A stretch of DNA of 64,000 nt. Source: Camelus ferus. Lineage: Eukaryota. The stretch covers positions 109,618,001-109,682,000 of the forward strand of contig NC_045696.1 in the NCBI RefSeq assembly GCF_009834535.1, given 5' to 3'. Shown here piece by piece: positions 25,117 to 38,572 of the stretch. Every line of letters starts with the position of its first letter. Positions within the stretch are counted from its first letter, which is position 1. The notes below the pieces were generated by a model. It saw only the letters and a program-made list of their open reading frames with translations. It did not search any database and was not told the DNA's origin. The position numbers and the translations under genes are program-made.

Positions 25117-25844
25117 CTGTAAAGAAATAAAGACATTTTTGCAGTTTAAAGCAGAAAGGGTCTTTTCCCAAGATTTCTTGCACATATGGAAAATTCCTAC
25201 TTAAACCAGTAAATTTCTCTGCCTCACCACTTTTTTAAAAGTTTTTTATTACTAGTATTTCCTGTATCAAAGTAAGCTTTATATTTGAATATTTATATTA
25301 TGATAATACTTATAAATATATTAACTTAGTGACCCTAAAATTGGTTAGTTCCTTCACTAAAGTTTGCCACATCTTATAGACCTTTTATATCAACCCACAT
25401 ATATAAGTCCAGCCAGTTTAACAAAAAGAAAAACTACCAGCTTTCTGACTTTTAACAAGAGCCCACAGTCCGACAGAAATACCCTACCTGTCATATACAC
25501 CGGTCATATAATAGTAAACTAAGCACATTTCCAGCTGACTCTAAGATGGTATGTTACAGCGTCAAGTGCACGTTGGTAATAAACAAGCACTGATTTAACA
25601 CCAGCAGAAGCCAAATAAACATTACTTCCTCTTCTTATACTGAACAGAAGAAATAAAGAGGTCAGGGGATGATCCTAAGGCTGATTCCCGACTAGTCACT
25701 GTTACAGTTATTACTAGCTTGCCTCTGAGAAATGCACCAGGCTCTTCGTAGAATGAGAATATTAGATCTGAAAGAGGCCTATGAAGATCAAATAGTCTAT
25801 CTTATTTTCATTTTTTTTTTTAGGAAAGAGGAGAGATTATTTCA

Positions 25845-27400
25845 TTCATTATTGAGGTAACATGGTTTACAACATTATATAAATTTCACATGTACAACGT
25901 TATGATCTGACTTCTGTGTACACTACAGCGTGCTCACCACCAAGTTTAGTTTCCACCCGTCACCACACAGTAGTGGGTGCTGGTATCTTTTTGAGTTAGT
26001 GTTTTCATTATCTTTAGATAAATACTCAGATGGTGGGATTGCTGGATCACATGGTAGTTCTATTCTTAATTTTTTGAGGAACCTCCATACTGTTTTCCAT
26101 AGTGGCTGCACCAGTTTACACTCCCACCAGCAGTGCACAAGGGATCCCTTTTCTCCACATCCTCCCCAACACTGGTTATTTCTCATTCTTCTGACAACAG
26201 CCATTCTAATGGGTGTGAGGTGATGTCTCACTGTGGTTTTGATTTGCATTTCCCTGGTAACTAATGACGTTCCTCTTCACTAGTGATGAACATCTTCACA
26301 TGTGCCTGCTGGCCATCTGTACCTTTTCAGAAAAAAAATCTATTCAGATCTTCTGCCCTTTTTAAAATCAGGTTGTTTGGGTTTTTTTGTTGTTGTCGAG
26401 TTATGTGAGTTCTTTATATATTTTGCGTATTAACTCCTTATCAGATGTATGAATTGAAAATATCTTCTCCCATTTGGTAGGTAGTCTTTTTGTTTTGTTG
26501 ATGGTTTCCCGTGCTGGGCAGAGCTTCTGTTTGATGTGGTCCCACTTGCTCATTTTTGTTTTTGTTTGCCTTGCTTGAAGAGACAGATCCAAAAAGATAC
26601 TGCTAAAACCAACGTCAGAGTCCAAAACTCCCTGTTTTCTTCTAGCAGTCTTACGGTTTCAGGTCTTACATTCAAGTCTTTAATCCATTTTGAGTTAATT
26701 TTGGGCTATGGTGTAAGGAAAAGGCCTAGTTTCATTCTTTTATATATGGTTGTCCAGTTCTCCCAACACTACTTACTGAAGAGATTGCTCTTTCTCCATT
26801 GTATGTTCTTTGCTCCTTTGTTGTCAATTAATTGTCCATATATGGGCTTTCAATTCTGTTCCACTGATCTGTATGTCTGTTTTTCTGCTAATACCATGCT
26901 GTTTTGAGTACCATAGCTTTGTAGTATAATTTGAAATCGGAGTATGATACCTCTATCTTTCTTCTTTTTTCTCAAGATTGCTTTGGCTATTCGCAGCCTT
27001 TTATGGTTTCATACAAATATTAGGAATTTTTGTTCTATTTCTGTGAAAAATGTCATTGGGATTTTTATAGGGATTGTTGCACTGAATCCATAGATGGTTA
27101 AAATAATGCTAATTCTTCCAATCCACGAGCACAAAATATCTTTCCATTTCTTTGTCTTCCATTTCTTTCAACAATGTTTTACAGTTTTCAGTGTACAGGT
27201 TTTTCACTTCCTTGGTTAAATTTATTCCTAGGAATTTTATTCTTTTTGCTTCAATTGTAAATGGGAATGTCTTCTTAATTTCTTTCTGCTAGTTTGCTGT
27301 TGGTGTACAGAAACACAACAGATCTCTGTATACTGATTTTGTACCCTGCAACTTGACTGTATTCATTTATTATTTCCAATAGGTTTTTGGTGGAGTCTTC
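25845..27400 (-). mobile_element. 5'-truncated LINE-1 (ORF2 3' part + shortened 3' UTR)
   Basis: ORFs 25923-26249 ([13 protein letters not shown]...[16 protein letters not shown]), 26401-26625 and 27275-27400 (LLEIINEYSQVAGYKI) are L1 ORF2 pieces. Confidence 0.9.
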
Positions 27401-28070
27401 TGCCTCCTCTACGTGTCCAGGCCGCCCACCTTCAGATGTACAGACTTGTGGGTCTCTCCAGCATCCCAGTGTGCTGGGCATGGGAACCTCTGTTCAGTTA
27501 CGGATGTTTTACTAGTTGCAGAACAAGAGGGAGAGACAATGGAGACGCCTCATGCCGCGTGATGCTGACATCACTCCTAACCTGATCTTACAGGTAGTGA
27601 AGTTGAAACCTAGTTTTACCGGGTGACACTAAAAAGGTTCTCATGCTTATGAGGTTAAAGAAAAACAACTTCTGCAAACTCCCCTAGATGAAATGTGCTA
27701 AATGGCAAACTTATTTGAAAGGAGAGACTCTACCCAGTCCTCCCACAACTGTGTATCTGATAAGACGTACTGTCAGTCTGATGAACTTAATTTGGTAAAG
27801 TAAAATGATTTATAATTAAAAAAAATAAAACATGTGTCAAATAACAATTGATAATCGTCACTCCTTTGTCATTCCTGAGAACAGCCTGGTAATGAGACTA
27901 AGGAAAACGCAGGAGTATAAATAAATTTTAAGGCTTAAAATCCTTATGTTATGTAGCTCATTAGCAATTGTCTGTCATCCTCAGTAATAACAATTGTAGA
28001 TAATTGTATTAATTCTAACTAGCAATCCCAGAAATATATCAATTATTATTGCCAGTAGACATGAGGGTAC

Positions 28071-28207
28071 CTTGCTTATTGCAAGCAATTAAGAATGATG
28101 GTGTGTTCTTCAGACCCATACTGTCAAGGAGGACTTGATACAGAAACTCGGCCACATCCTTCACCTCTCGCTGGAAGGTTGCACTATCCACAACAAATAC
28201 GATAGCC
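28071..28207 (-). CDS. SRPRB: SRPRB exon 5 (AIVFVVDSATFQREVKDVAEFLYQVLLDSMGLKNTPSFLIACNKQ)
   Basis: GTPase G4 motif NKQ(D); AG at 28209-28208, GT at 28070; 137 nt. Confidence 0.96.
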
Positions 28208-28264
28208 CTGAAGGGGGAAAAAAAAGAGTGAGCATGCAAGAGTGCAGTATTATACTGAGAAACA

Positions 28265-28405
28265 GGAGGAGGGTATACAGCTCAGTGGCAGTGTGCTTGG
28301 CATGTATGAAGCCTGGGTTCAATCCCCAGTACCTCCATTTAAACAAACAAACAAACAAACCTAATTACCCTCCCCCAAAAGAAACAAAGAAAGAAAAAGA
28401 AAAAT
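28265..28405 (+). mobile_element. tRNA-derived SINE (Vic-1-like)
   Basis: GGAGGGTATACAGCTCAGTGG...GGGTTCAATCCCCAG...(AAAC)n CCTAATTACC + A tail. Confidence 0.88.
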
Positions 28406-29399
28406 GACATTCTCAATTTTGTCCAATTCAATCCTAATGAGTAACACAAAACAAACTCACACGCAGATGTGTGCACAAGTAATCACATAGCACAAATACT
28501 GAACAAAGGGCTACTGACTACTACTATGTATCAATGATTGTATCTAAAAAGACAACAGGAAATGATGCTTCCCCTCAAGTCCTGGAAGTTGTCATACACA
28601 AAACCATGCGATAAAACACTAGACAGATCTATGCATCCGCTGTAGCAGGAACAAACAAAAAGATCATTGACATAAAATCTGGTCAAGAAGACTTAAAGGT
28701 TGGCTGAATTTTAGCCAGACAAAAATTACTGCGGCACAGACTGTCTGGAAGTAATATATTTAGGATACGAAGTAGTGGGACAATATGCCCTAGAGAACTC
28801 AAGGTAAGCTCAGGTAGCAAAGGGGTGTGACACACTGACCTACAGAGTTTATGCTTTTCTGTCTTACAAAGAATATTGGTCCCTAAGTGGAAGACAGATA
28901 AAACTAAAAGGATAATCAAATTAGAAAGCGTGTGACCAGGTAGGGTCAAACCCAAGGCAGAAACAGTGAGAATCCTCATGTGCCAGAAATGAAGACGTGT
29001 CAAAGCTAAAGCAAAGCAGTCCAGGAAAACAGCAGGTAACAGGCCTTTGAGATGAGGGTCGGAATGCCCAGGAGAATGTGCAATGGCCAATATGCAGTTG
29101 GAGAGCTGGAAATGAAACACTCTGTGCAAAGCCTAGAACTTAAAAGCAGTCTAGTGGAGAGCACTGTGGGAAAATCGTCCAAGAAGAACTGAAACACTGG
29201 GTCGCCTGTGTCACACACAGATACAGGGTATGAATTTACACCTTCTCAGGGTCAGATGCCCAAGCAGGAAGAGTCATATAAAAATTGGGCCAGACTCAAT
29301 GAACCCTTACGGCCCCCAATAGAAGGAAATATGAACCCCTTCTGGAGAGAGGCTTTCACATCCTAAATCAATAAAAAAAAAACAGCAATCACAACATCA

Positions 29400-30260
29400 A
29401 CAACAAAATCTAATTCCCTTGAATAAGGGGTCTGGATCAAAAATTACAAATCACAGAAAATAAACCATTATGAGGAAGAACCACAAAGACAGATTAATTA
29501 GCACCCAAAACTAAAAATAATGAAGCAATTGATAAAATATTTTAAACTATTTAAGAGAATAGTAGACACCATAATAAAAGAATAAAGTTAGCATAAAAAC
29601 AAACAGGCTGATTTTAAAAGATATGTTTTTAGAAGTAAAGAATAAACAAAATTAATAACAACTCAATGGAAAAGTTAAGCAGAGAATACTCACAGTTGAA
29701 AAGCATACAGTAAACTACAAAACAAAGATGAAAACATCATACTATATGCACAGTAAAAAGACTTGGAAGATGCGATAGAGAAGAGGCAAGAAAGGCAGAA
29801 ATGATATGGTTCGATGATTTAAAAAGAGTTCCCGGAGGTGAAACTGAGAATGTGGAAACAGAACTAGCTGAAAGGATAATGTTGAGAATTTTCCAGAACT
29901 GAATAGGTGACTCTTTAAACTGAAACAGCACACTTGAATTCCAAGCATGATAAAACTTAGAAATCACCCCTGAACAGAGGTTAAAAAGACAGATGAAATG
30001 ACAATTAGACTGCACACCTGCTTTCTCACCTACAACAACAGATATCTGAAGCCAAGAGTAAGCCTTCACTGTGATGAAAGAAATAACTACCACCAGGATT
30101 TTATACTCAGCTAAAAGTTACTCAAAAATGAAGGCCAATGAAAAAACTTTCAAATGAACAAAAGATGAGAAACCTTATGTCTTGTTCAGCATTTCTGGAA
30201 ACATATCTAAAAGAAAATTAAAAGAAAACTGAATCAAAAGGGAAGATTAAGAGTCAAGAA
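29400..30260 (+). mobile_element. Old, highly degraded L1 (ORF1-region-like) fragment
   Basis: A-rich purine-biased strand with remnants such as 'tgagaattttccagaactga' and 'aggattttatactcagctaaa'; borders approximate. Confidence 0.5.
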
Positions 30261-30616
30261 GTAATGGAGAAAAAAGAAATCTATATATATCCTGGTGATT
30301 CGAGGTAATCAACAAATAGAGGATAAAAATATTACTGTTGGGGGTTAAAAAGGAGGAAAGAAAAATAAAATGAAAGGAAGATGGAAGGAAGATCAAAGCT
30401 ACGAATTTTAAGATTCATTTAAAGAAAATTGCTATTATTGATTTTAAACTTCTGCTAAGTAATCGATGTTAAAAAGAAGGGGGGAGGGCAGAGGATAACC
30501 ATGGAAAGAGTAGAAACAGCATATTACAAACCAGTAGAGGGGGTAAAAATGAGATTGAGGAAACTTGATGAACTCAGAAGGTAAGGCTAAAAACCAAGAA
30601 GTCACAGATCAATACA

Positions 30617-32034
30617 CAGTTGACCCCTGAACAAGGTGGGGGTTAAGGACACTGACCCTCTACACAGTCAAAAATCTGTGTGTAACTTCACAGTCAGCAC
30701 TCCGTATCCAAGGTCTGGCACTGGCAGATCCAACCAACCACAGACCATGTAGTCCTGTAGTATATATCAAGTGAAAGAGAGCTGGTGGAGTAGAAGGTGC
30801 CAGTCTACACATAACAGGGGTCCCAGAAGGAGAAGAAACAAAAAAGGGGATCAAAATGTATTTGAAGAAATCATGACTGAAAATTTTCCAAACCTAAAGA
30901 AGGAAACAGATATCCAAGTACAGGAAACACAGAAGGTCCCCAACAAGAAGAATCCAAACAGACCTACACTAGGGCATATTATAATTAAGATGGCCAAAGT
31001 TAAAGATTCTAAAGGCAGCAAGAGAAAAACAAAGAGTTAGTTATAAGGGAACCCCCCCCATAAGGCTTTCAGCTGATTTCTCTGCACAAACATTGCTGGC
31101 CAGAAGGGAGAAGCAAGATATATTCAAAGTTCTGAAGATGAAAATCTGCAACCTAGTATCAGCAAGAATATCCTTTAGAAGGAGAGATAGAGAATTTTTC
31201 AGGCAAGCGAAAACTAAAAGAATACAGCAATATTAAACCTATCCGAAAAGAAATATTAAAATGTCTTCTCTAAATAGAAAAAAAGCAGGAAGCTATAGAA
31301 AAGGGAAAAATCACAATTGGAAATGTGATAACTACAATGAACTGCAAGAGGATAAACACGAAGATGTAAAAAGAGGACACAAAAATCATAAATTACGGGA
31401 AGGGGGAGCAAGAAAATGTACATTGTCCTTTCATTCTTCTTAAGGTATGTTTCAGCCTATCTCATTACCAGTCTGAAGCAAAGAGATGTAGTATTGGGTT
31501 AACATACTTGAAAAATAGGGTAACCACAAATCAAAAGTATACAACAGAGTCACAAAAACCAAAACCAAAAAAACCCCAAACTAACACAAAAGAACTAAAG
31601 CACAAAAGGAAAAACAGAAAGAGAAAGGAAGCAACAAAAAAGAAATACAAAATCAACTGGAAAACAAAGTTTAAAATGGCAATAAACACACCTCTACCAA
31701 TAATTACTGTAATTGTCAATGGACTAAATGCGCTAATCAAAAGACACAGAATGGAAGACTGGATAACAAAACAAGAGCCTACAATATCCTGTTTACAACA
31801 AGTTTATATTATATAGCACAGGCAACTATATTCAATATTTTGCAGTAACCTATAATGAAAAAGAATATGAAAAGGAATATATATGTATATCTATGACTGA
31901 AACATTATGCTGTATGCCAGAAATTGACACATTGTAAACTGACTATACTTCAATTTGAAAAAAAGGAAAAAAATAATTTAAAGTGTACAAGTAGGCTCAC
32001 ACAGTTCAAACCCATTTTGTTCAAGGGTCCACTT
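30617..32034. mobile_element. Tigger2-family non-autonomous DNA transposon split by an L1 insertion (arms ~30617-30770 and ~31980-32034)
   Basis: TIRs CAGTTGACCCCTGAACAA (30617-30634) / TTGTTCAAGGGTCCACTT (32017-32034), 15/18 complementary, followed by TA. Confidence 0.75.
30775..31975 (+). mobile_element. LINE-1 with ORF1 C-terminal half and ORF2 N-terminus joined directly to the 3' end + A tail
   Basis: ORF1-like MTENFPNLKKETDIQVQETQKVPNKKNPNRPT..HIIIKMAKVKD; ORF2 endonuclease start IITVIVNGLNALIKRHR...TISCLQ to ~31798; then L1 3' terminal sequence. Confidence 0.88.
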
Positions 32035-32369
32035 TATTTAAATGACTTTTGAATTTGCATTTATGGTGATTATAACTTAAGTTCATTTGTATCTTCATAT
32101 TTTGAATGTTTTAGTTACCCAAAATACTTGATTCAAAGAGTAATTACACTGAAAATTATTTTTAAAAACTTTATAAATGAAAACAGGAAAAGAAAAAAAT
32201 TTTTAATTAGAAATTAAAACCCAATTATGGGAAAATTTATCATTTCTGGATTTGTATCATCTAAGGAATGAAAACTCACACAACCTTCAGTTTCCATTCC
32301 AGCATGAAAGAAGTTGGAATTCACCACTGCATTCTAACAATAAGTAAAAAACTGACCAAACTGAAAAAT

Positions 32370-34530
32370 CAACAGCACTTAAGAGTCAAAGCTGTCCTGT
32401 TAAGACCAGGACAAGCAAGGATGTCCCATCTCACCACTGCTTTTGCAACATCGTACTGGAATTCCAAGCTAATGCATTAGGACGAGAAAAGGAGTGAGAG
32501 GTATACAGACTAGGAAGGAAGAAATGAAAATGTCTTTGTAGCACATGAAATGACTGTCTGTGTAGAAAATCTGAAAGAATCAACAAAGCTCAGGAATTAA
32601 CAAGCAAGTATAGCAGAATTGCAGGATACAAGGTTGACACACAAATGAATCGCTTACCCAAATATCAGGAATGAACAAATGGAATTTGATATTAAAAACA
32701 CAATGCCATTTACATTAGCAGCCTCCAAAAGGAATCTCAGGTATAAATACATCATACGATCTATATGAGGAAAACTAAACTATGAAACTCTAATCAACAA
32801 AATCAAAGTAGAACTAGAAAAATGGAGAGATACTCCACTTCCATGGATAGGAACACTGGATAGTATCAAGAGGTCAGTTCTTCCCAACTTGATCTATAGA
32901 TTTAATGCAATTCCAATCAAAATCTCACAAACTTATTTTGTGGATACTGAAGTTTATATGAAGAGGCAAAAGACCCAGAACAGCCAATACGATACCGAAG
33001 AACAAAGCTGGAGAACTGACATTACCAACTTACTATCAAACTATAGTAATCAAGACAACATGATATTGGTGAAAGATCAATATAACAGAATAGAGTCCAA
33101 AAAGAGAGCCTCATAAATAGTCATGTGATCTTTGACAGAGGAACAAATACAGTCTTTTCAACAAATAGTGCTGGAGAGTGCAAAAAAAAAAAAAAAAAAA
33201 ACCAAAAAGAGTCTAGATACAGAACTTACATCTTTCACAAAAATTAACTTAAAATGAATCACATACCTAAAAGTAAACCAGAACTATAAAACTCCTAGGA
33301 AATAACACTGGAGAAAACCTAGATCATCTTGAGTTTGACAATGACTTTTTAGATACAACATAATCCAAGAAAAGAATCAATAAACTGGACTCCAATAAAG
33401 ATAAAAATGTCAGCTCTACAAAAGTCAACATCAAGAGAATGAGAAAACAAGCCACAGACTGGGAGAAAATATTTGCAAAAGATGTATCTGATAAAAGACT
33501 GTTATCCAAAATATGTAAAAACTCTTAAAACTCAACAGTAAGAAAACAACTCAGTTTAAAAAGTGGGTCAAAGATCTTTACAGACACCTCACTGGACAAG
33601 ATTTAAATAACTTATAAATAGCAAATAAGTATACGAAAAGATGTTCCACGTCATATGTCATTAGGGAAATGCAAAATAAAACAATTAGATACCACTACAT
33701 ACCCATTAGAATAGCCACAATCCAAAACACTGACAACACTAAACGCTGGGGAGGATGCAGAGCAAGTGGAGCTGTCACTCAGCACTGATGGGAATGCGAA
33801 GTGGTACAGCCACTTTGGAAGACAGTTTGGTGACTTCTCACAAAATTAAACACACTCTCACTATATGATTCTGTGATATCTGCTCCTTGCTATTTACTCA
33901 AAACTTTATGTTCACACAAAAACTAGCTTTATTCATAACTGCCAAAAGTTGGAAGCAACCAAGATGTCCTTCAGTAGGTGAATGGGTAAATGAACTGTGG
34001 TACAGCCAGACAATGAAACATCATTCAGCACTAAAAAGAAATGAGGACTCAAGCAATGAAAAGACCTGGAAAATCTTAAATGCACATTACTAAGTGAAAG
34101 AAGGCAGCGTGAAAAGGCTACATACTGTATGTTTCCAACTATATGACATTCTGGAAAAGGCAAAACTATAGAGATGGTAAAAAGATGAGTGGTTGTCGGG
34201 TTAGGGGAGAGAAGGATGAACTGACAGGACAGGGGATTTTTAGGGCAGCGCAACTACTCTGTATGGTACTGTAAGGGTGAATACATACCATTATACATTT
34301 GCTCAAATTCCTAGAACACACATCAGGAATGGATCCTCACGTAAAATGTAAACTCTGGGTGTTTATGACCTGTCAATTTAGGTACACTGATCGTAACAAA
34401 TGTACTACTTCGGTGGAGGATGCCGATAACAGGGGAGGCTAGGCCTGTGTAGGGGTGAGGTTATATGGAAAATCTCTGTATCTCCTGCTTAATTTTGCTG
34501 TGAACCTGAAACTGTCTAAAAATAAAGTTT
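32370..34530 (+). mobile_element. Older L1M-type fragment (ORF2 3' half + 3' UTR)
   Basis: Degraded ORF2 pieces (IYRFNAIPIKI; ALFITAKSWKQPRCPSVGEW) and a typical L1M 3' UTR ending at AATAAA near 34520. Confidence 0.85.
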
Positions 34531-34687
34531 GGGTTTTTTTTTTTTAAATCAAATAACAGTCTTATCTATGATAGATTGCTCATCACCACCACCTTGTGGG
34601 CAAGGAAGCAACAAAAAAATACAAGCCAAGATATCTTCAAAAATAAGGAAGGAAAAAACTAGCTCATTCCATCAAACCAAAGAGTCC

Positions 34688-35645
34688 ATCAAATAAAAGA
34701 CGTATTATTATTTCAGGTACAACTAAGAAAGAAAATACTGCCAATTAAACTGTAACACTGTCAACTGTAAGTAGCATTCCAAATAGATATTAAAATGTGT
34801 CTTAAAATCCATGAGATGTGGTATTTTGATTTCCCTCAAGTTCTTACTAGTGTTAGAGACTAAAAAAGAATAAAGTGTCTTAAACTGAAGCATGAGAAAT
34901 TTAGGAAATGAAAGAGTCAGTAACACAAGGATGATACTAAAAGAAATATGAAAATATTGTTCTGTATGTTTCAGGCATCAATTTTAGACAATCTAAGGAT
35001 AGAAATATATAATGTTGGATTTTAATAACTTCTAGGATTCCATCTAGCTTTAAAATTCTTTATTCAGTTTTAATAATTCTACACATTATTAAATTTGTCC
35101 TCAGAGTAAATGAAAAATTTATCAACAGGATAATAAGCATAAATGCTTTCTGAACACTCTGAGAAACACTTTGAAACATTATCTTATATAATCCAAGTGT
35201 AAGTGGGCTTGCAACCCAGAAACGGCTGACCCCAGGGTCCATGCTCATTCCACTCCAGGACACCAGGTTGCCTCCCAAAACCAGAGAAAAACAACACAGG
35301 TGTCCTTTATGTACAAAGTTCAGACAAGCTCATTTCACTTCCTACTTACCTGGCTGAAGCCTTAAACCGCTCTAAGAACTGAAGTCTCAAGCTCTCATGG
35401 CCAGGGAGGTCAATCAAGGTCAGGCTAGTCCCCTAAGGATGGCAGCAACAATATTAAATTCATGTTTCACCTTGATTCACATCCGTAACATAAATCATTC
35501 ATTTCAGATCTCAGGTATTAGAACTGTAACCCAGTTAATTAATGAACCAAAAGTGTCACTGTAACTAATTAATGAATCAAATAAATGACATATTACTATT
35601 TCAGGTACAACTAAGAAAGAAAATACTGCCAATTAATGAATCAAA
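34688..35645 (+). repeat. Dispersed 61-bp direct repeat (34688-34748 and 35576-35636) bracketing SRPRB exon 4
   Basis: 58/61 identical by direct comparison; copy 2 overlaps identical 15-mers AATTAATGAATCAAA at 35567-35581 and 35631-35645. Confidence 0.9.
35350..35432 (-). CDS. SRPRB: SRPRB exon 4 (GTSLTLIDLPGHESLRLQFLERFKASAR)
   Basis: G3 motif DLPGH; AG at 35434-35433, GTAAGT at 35349; 83 nt. Confidence 0.96.
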
Positions 35646-36674
35646 CAAATGTTCACAGAGCATCTCCTATTTATAAATCATTAGTGGAGGCTCTGGGGAT
35701 TTAACAATGAGCAAAATCTGACGTGGTGCCTGCTCTAACAGAGCTTATAATCAGAAAGATCAACACAATGTAAAATTACATGTAAATGTAAAATTACAAC
35801 TTTGATAAATGTTCTAAGGGTACATGAGAAACTGACCCTGTCTGGGGAAATTAGGGAAGTTCATGTGAGGCTGAGGCTGAGGAAATATACCAGTATGAAT
35901 AAAAGCAAAATCAGTAATAAATATTCACAAACTAAATAATGTAATGTAAGAACCTACACTCCATCACATTGCATGTTACCACTACAGAGATCCCTAACCT
36001 TTATAAAAACAAAACATTCCTTCATATTTCTACCATAAGTTAATTAAAAATGTATGCCCACTAGAGAAATCATTTATTTGTTCCAACTCTGTTAATATTT
36101 TGTGTCAATTCTTGATCCAGGGGACAATCATCGAACAGGGTGGGGCTGTCCCCCTACTGAGCAGGCTTGTTAAGCACCCACTTACATGCTGTTCTTTCCA
36201 GGCCTTCACTCTTGAACTCAGGTTCAATGCAGATGTGACTATGCTCAATGATAAGGCTCTCAGGTATAGCCCTAGAACCTGCATCAGACTCATGCATCAC
36301 TTCTCAGATGCTCTACCTTCTCCACAGACAGCCTCAATCGCTATTCAGCAGGAGGGGGTCAGCACTATGCACAGATTTGACTTAATTACAGCTGGATACA
36401 TTATGAACTGGCGCTTAGTCTGAGCAGTCTTTTATAGGTAAATATACAATATGTATTAGCCTTTTTTTTTTTAAAATACTGGTAAGAGTCTAGGGACCTC
36501 AGGCTGGGACCCACTACCACATTTCATAATCAGCACCACACCACATACTATAAACAATTCATAAGCTACAACGCTAAGTATGTTACTGTCATGAGAGACT
36601 AGACGTAAAACATAAAGGGGGTAGGAGAAGAAAGAAGGGAGGAGTGTTTTACATATGCAATAGAAACATGCAAG

Positions 36675-36965
36675 TCTCATATGTAATGTTAAGTTTTCTA
36701 ATAGTCATATTAAAAGAGAAACAGGTCAAATTTTTAAAACATATATTATGTAATCCAATGTATCTAAAATACTAGATTTAAAATATTATTTTTTAGTATA
36801 TAATTTAAAACTCAAGAAATTATTTATATTTTACATTCTTTTTTTCATTCCAAATCTTCAAGACCTGGTGTATATTTCATACTTACAGCACCCTTCAACT
36901 TAAACTAGTCACACTTCAGGTGCTCAGTAGTCACACCGTGGCTACTCTATTGGAAAGTACAGGTC
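36675..36965. mobile_element. hAT-Charlie MITE fragment (MER33/MER3-like)
   Basis: Recognisable 'ctagtcacacttcaggtgctcagtagtcaca...gtggctactctattgga' terminus; borders approximate. Confidence 0.5.
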
Positions 36966-38139
36966 TAAAGCATACCCTGGAATACCCCACTTTGAAAAAT
37001 CTGGTACAAGTGCCTCAAGAATTAAAGAACTCCCAAACTTGAAATTTCAAAATCTGAATCCTTGGGAGTTTCAAAAAGTCTGAGCCATAAAGAGTGCTAT
37101 TATTAAAAAAAGAAAAAAAATCTCTAAGACATTGAAAAGAATGTCTCTTTACCTTTGCTTATAATGGTTAATTCTGGAGGGAACAGAAGAGTCAGGGGGA
37201 CCCAAGGAGAAAGGGAAAAGGTTCCTACGGTCAGCATTCTAATTCACCCATCTATACATCCACTCCAACCAGCCATCCACCTTCCCTCCACTCACTCACC
37301 AAATACTTCTTAAGCATTATAATCGACTTGGCAGTCACTGTCTAATTCTGGAGACATATAGGTACATAAAAAGTCCTTTCTCATGATTCCTTATTGGCAC
37401 TTTTGAAATATACTCATGTATACTCTTTAACAGAGCCATTGTAACACTTTGTAAAAGCAAAAGATTGTAACAACAAAAAACTGTATGTCTGTTAATAGGT
37501 CTCTTATTAAATAAAACCTTAATTGTATGGTACAGCCACAAAATGGAATACTAGGCAGCTCATAAATCAACCAGGTAGTGCTATGTATGCAAACGAGGAG
37601 GGGAAAAAAGGAAAAACAAACGCAAGTAGTATCAGCAGTATCAGTCATATTGTTAAATTTTTAAAAAAGGGGGTGGGGTGGGGGACAGTGTTAAAAAAGA
37701 AAAAAAGTTAAGGATAAACACATATAGTTATACAGCACAGACCACCTGGAAGACTACACAGGAAGAAAATGGTGAATTATTACTTCTAAGGAGGAGACTT
37801 AGACTTTTCTAAGTCTTTATATTCAAAACATAAATGAGAAGAAAAAGGCTTAATGTTCACCCTTAAGAACTCATGGTAAAGCTGGAAAGAAGACATAGAA
37901 ACAAAAACTAATCAAATGCAGTGTAACATCAGTGTGCATGAGATAAAAAGCAGGGGAGGGCAGGAGTAAGTCTACTGCTTGGGTGGCTAAGAGCAGAATT
38001 TGTCACATGGACTATATTTATCCATAAAAATAAGCTATAAATAGTACCTATGCCCTCAGAGTAATTCATCCTAAAAATGTCTTTTCCTGACAAAAGGAAG
38101 TAAAATTGTCAGACCCCCAACATTCTCGAAACCCCTTAC

Positions 38140-38217
38140 CCTGTTATTGTTGACCCTGTACGCAGCAGAGCTGTCAGTGATGGAAGTCTGAGTGTCTCTG
38201 TAAAGGCCTGTTAACAA
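38140..38217 (-). CDS. SRPRB: SRPRB exon 3 (LLTGLYRDTQTSITDSSAAYRVNNNR)
   Basis: AG at 38219-38218, GTAAGG at 38139; 78 nt. Confidence 0.95.
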
Positions 38218-38572
38218 CTGTAAAAAGACAAAATAGTATGTCAGAGATCAGAGTAAACATAAACAGCAATCTAAAGTAAGTATTTTTACTCTAAGAGTTA
38301 GATCAGCTTGCAACAGCTGAAAGGAACCATACTGATTTTCTTCCCTTTGCTTGTAGAAAAATCTAATTAATTGCAAACTTCATTCCCCTCTTCCCAATGA
38401 AAGAAGGAAAAAAACTATGATTTTTACACTATTATTTTCAAATAACAGCTTCAAGTGGTTAGTGGCCAAATTTACTGACCTTCCATTAACATTTCTAAAC
38501 ATCTTTGATGATTAGAAATTATATTTCTTTAGTGGAAGGGAAATAATTTATACTCTCAAAAAGAAGAGTAAT

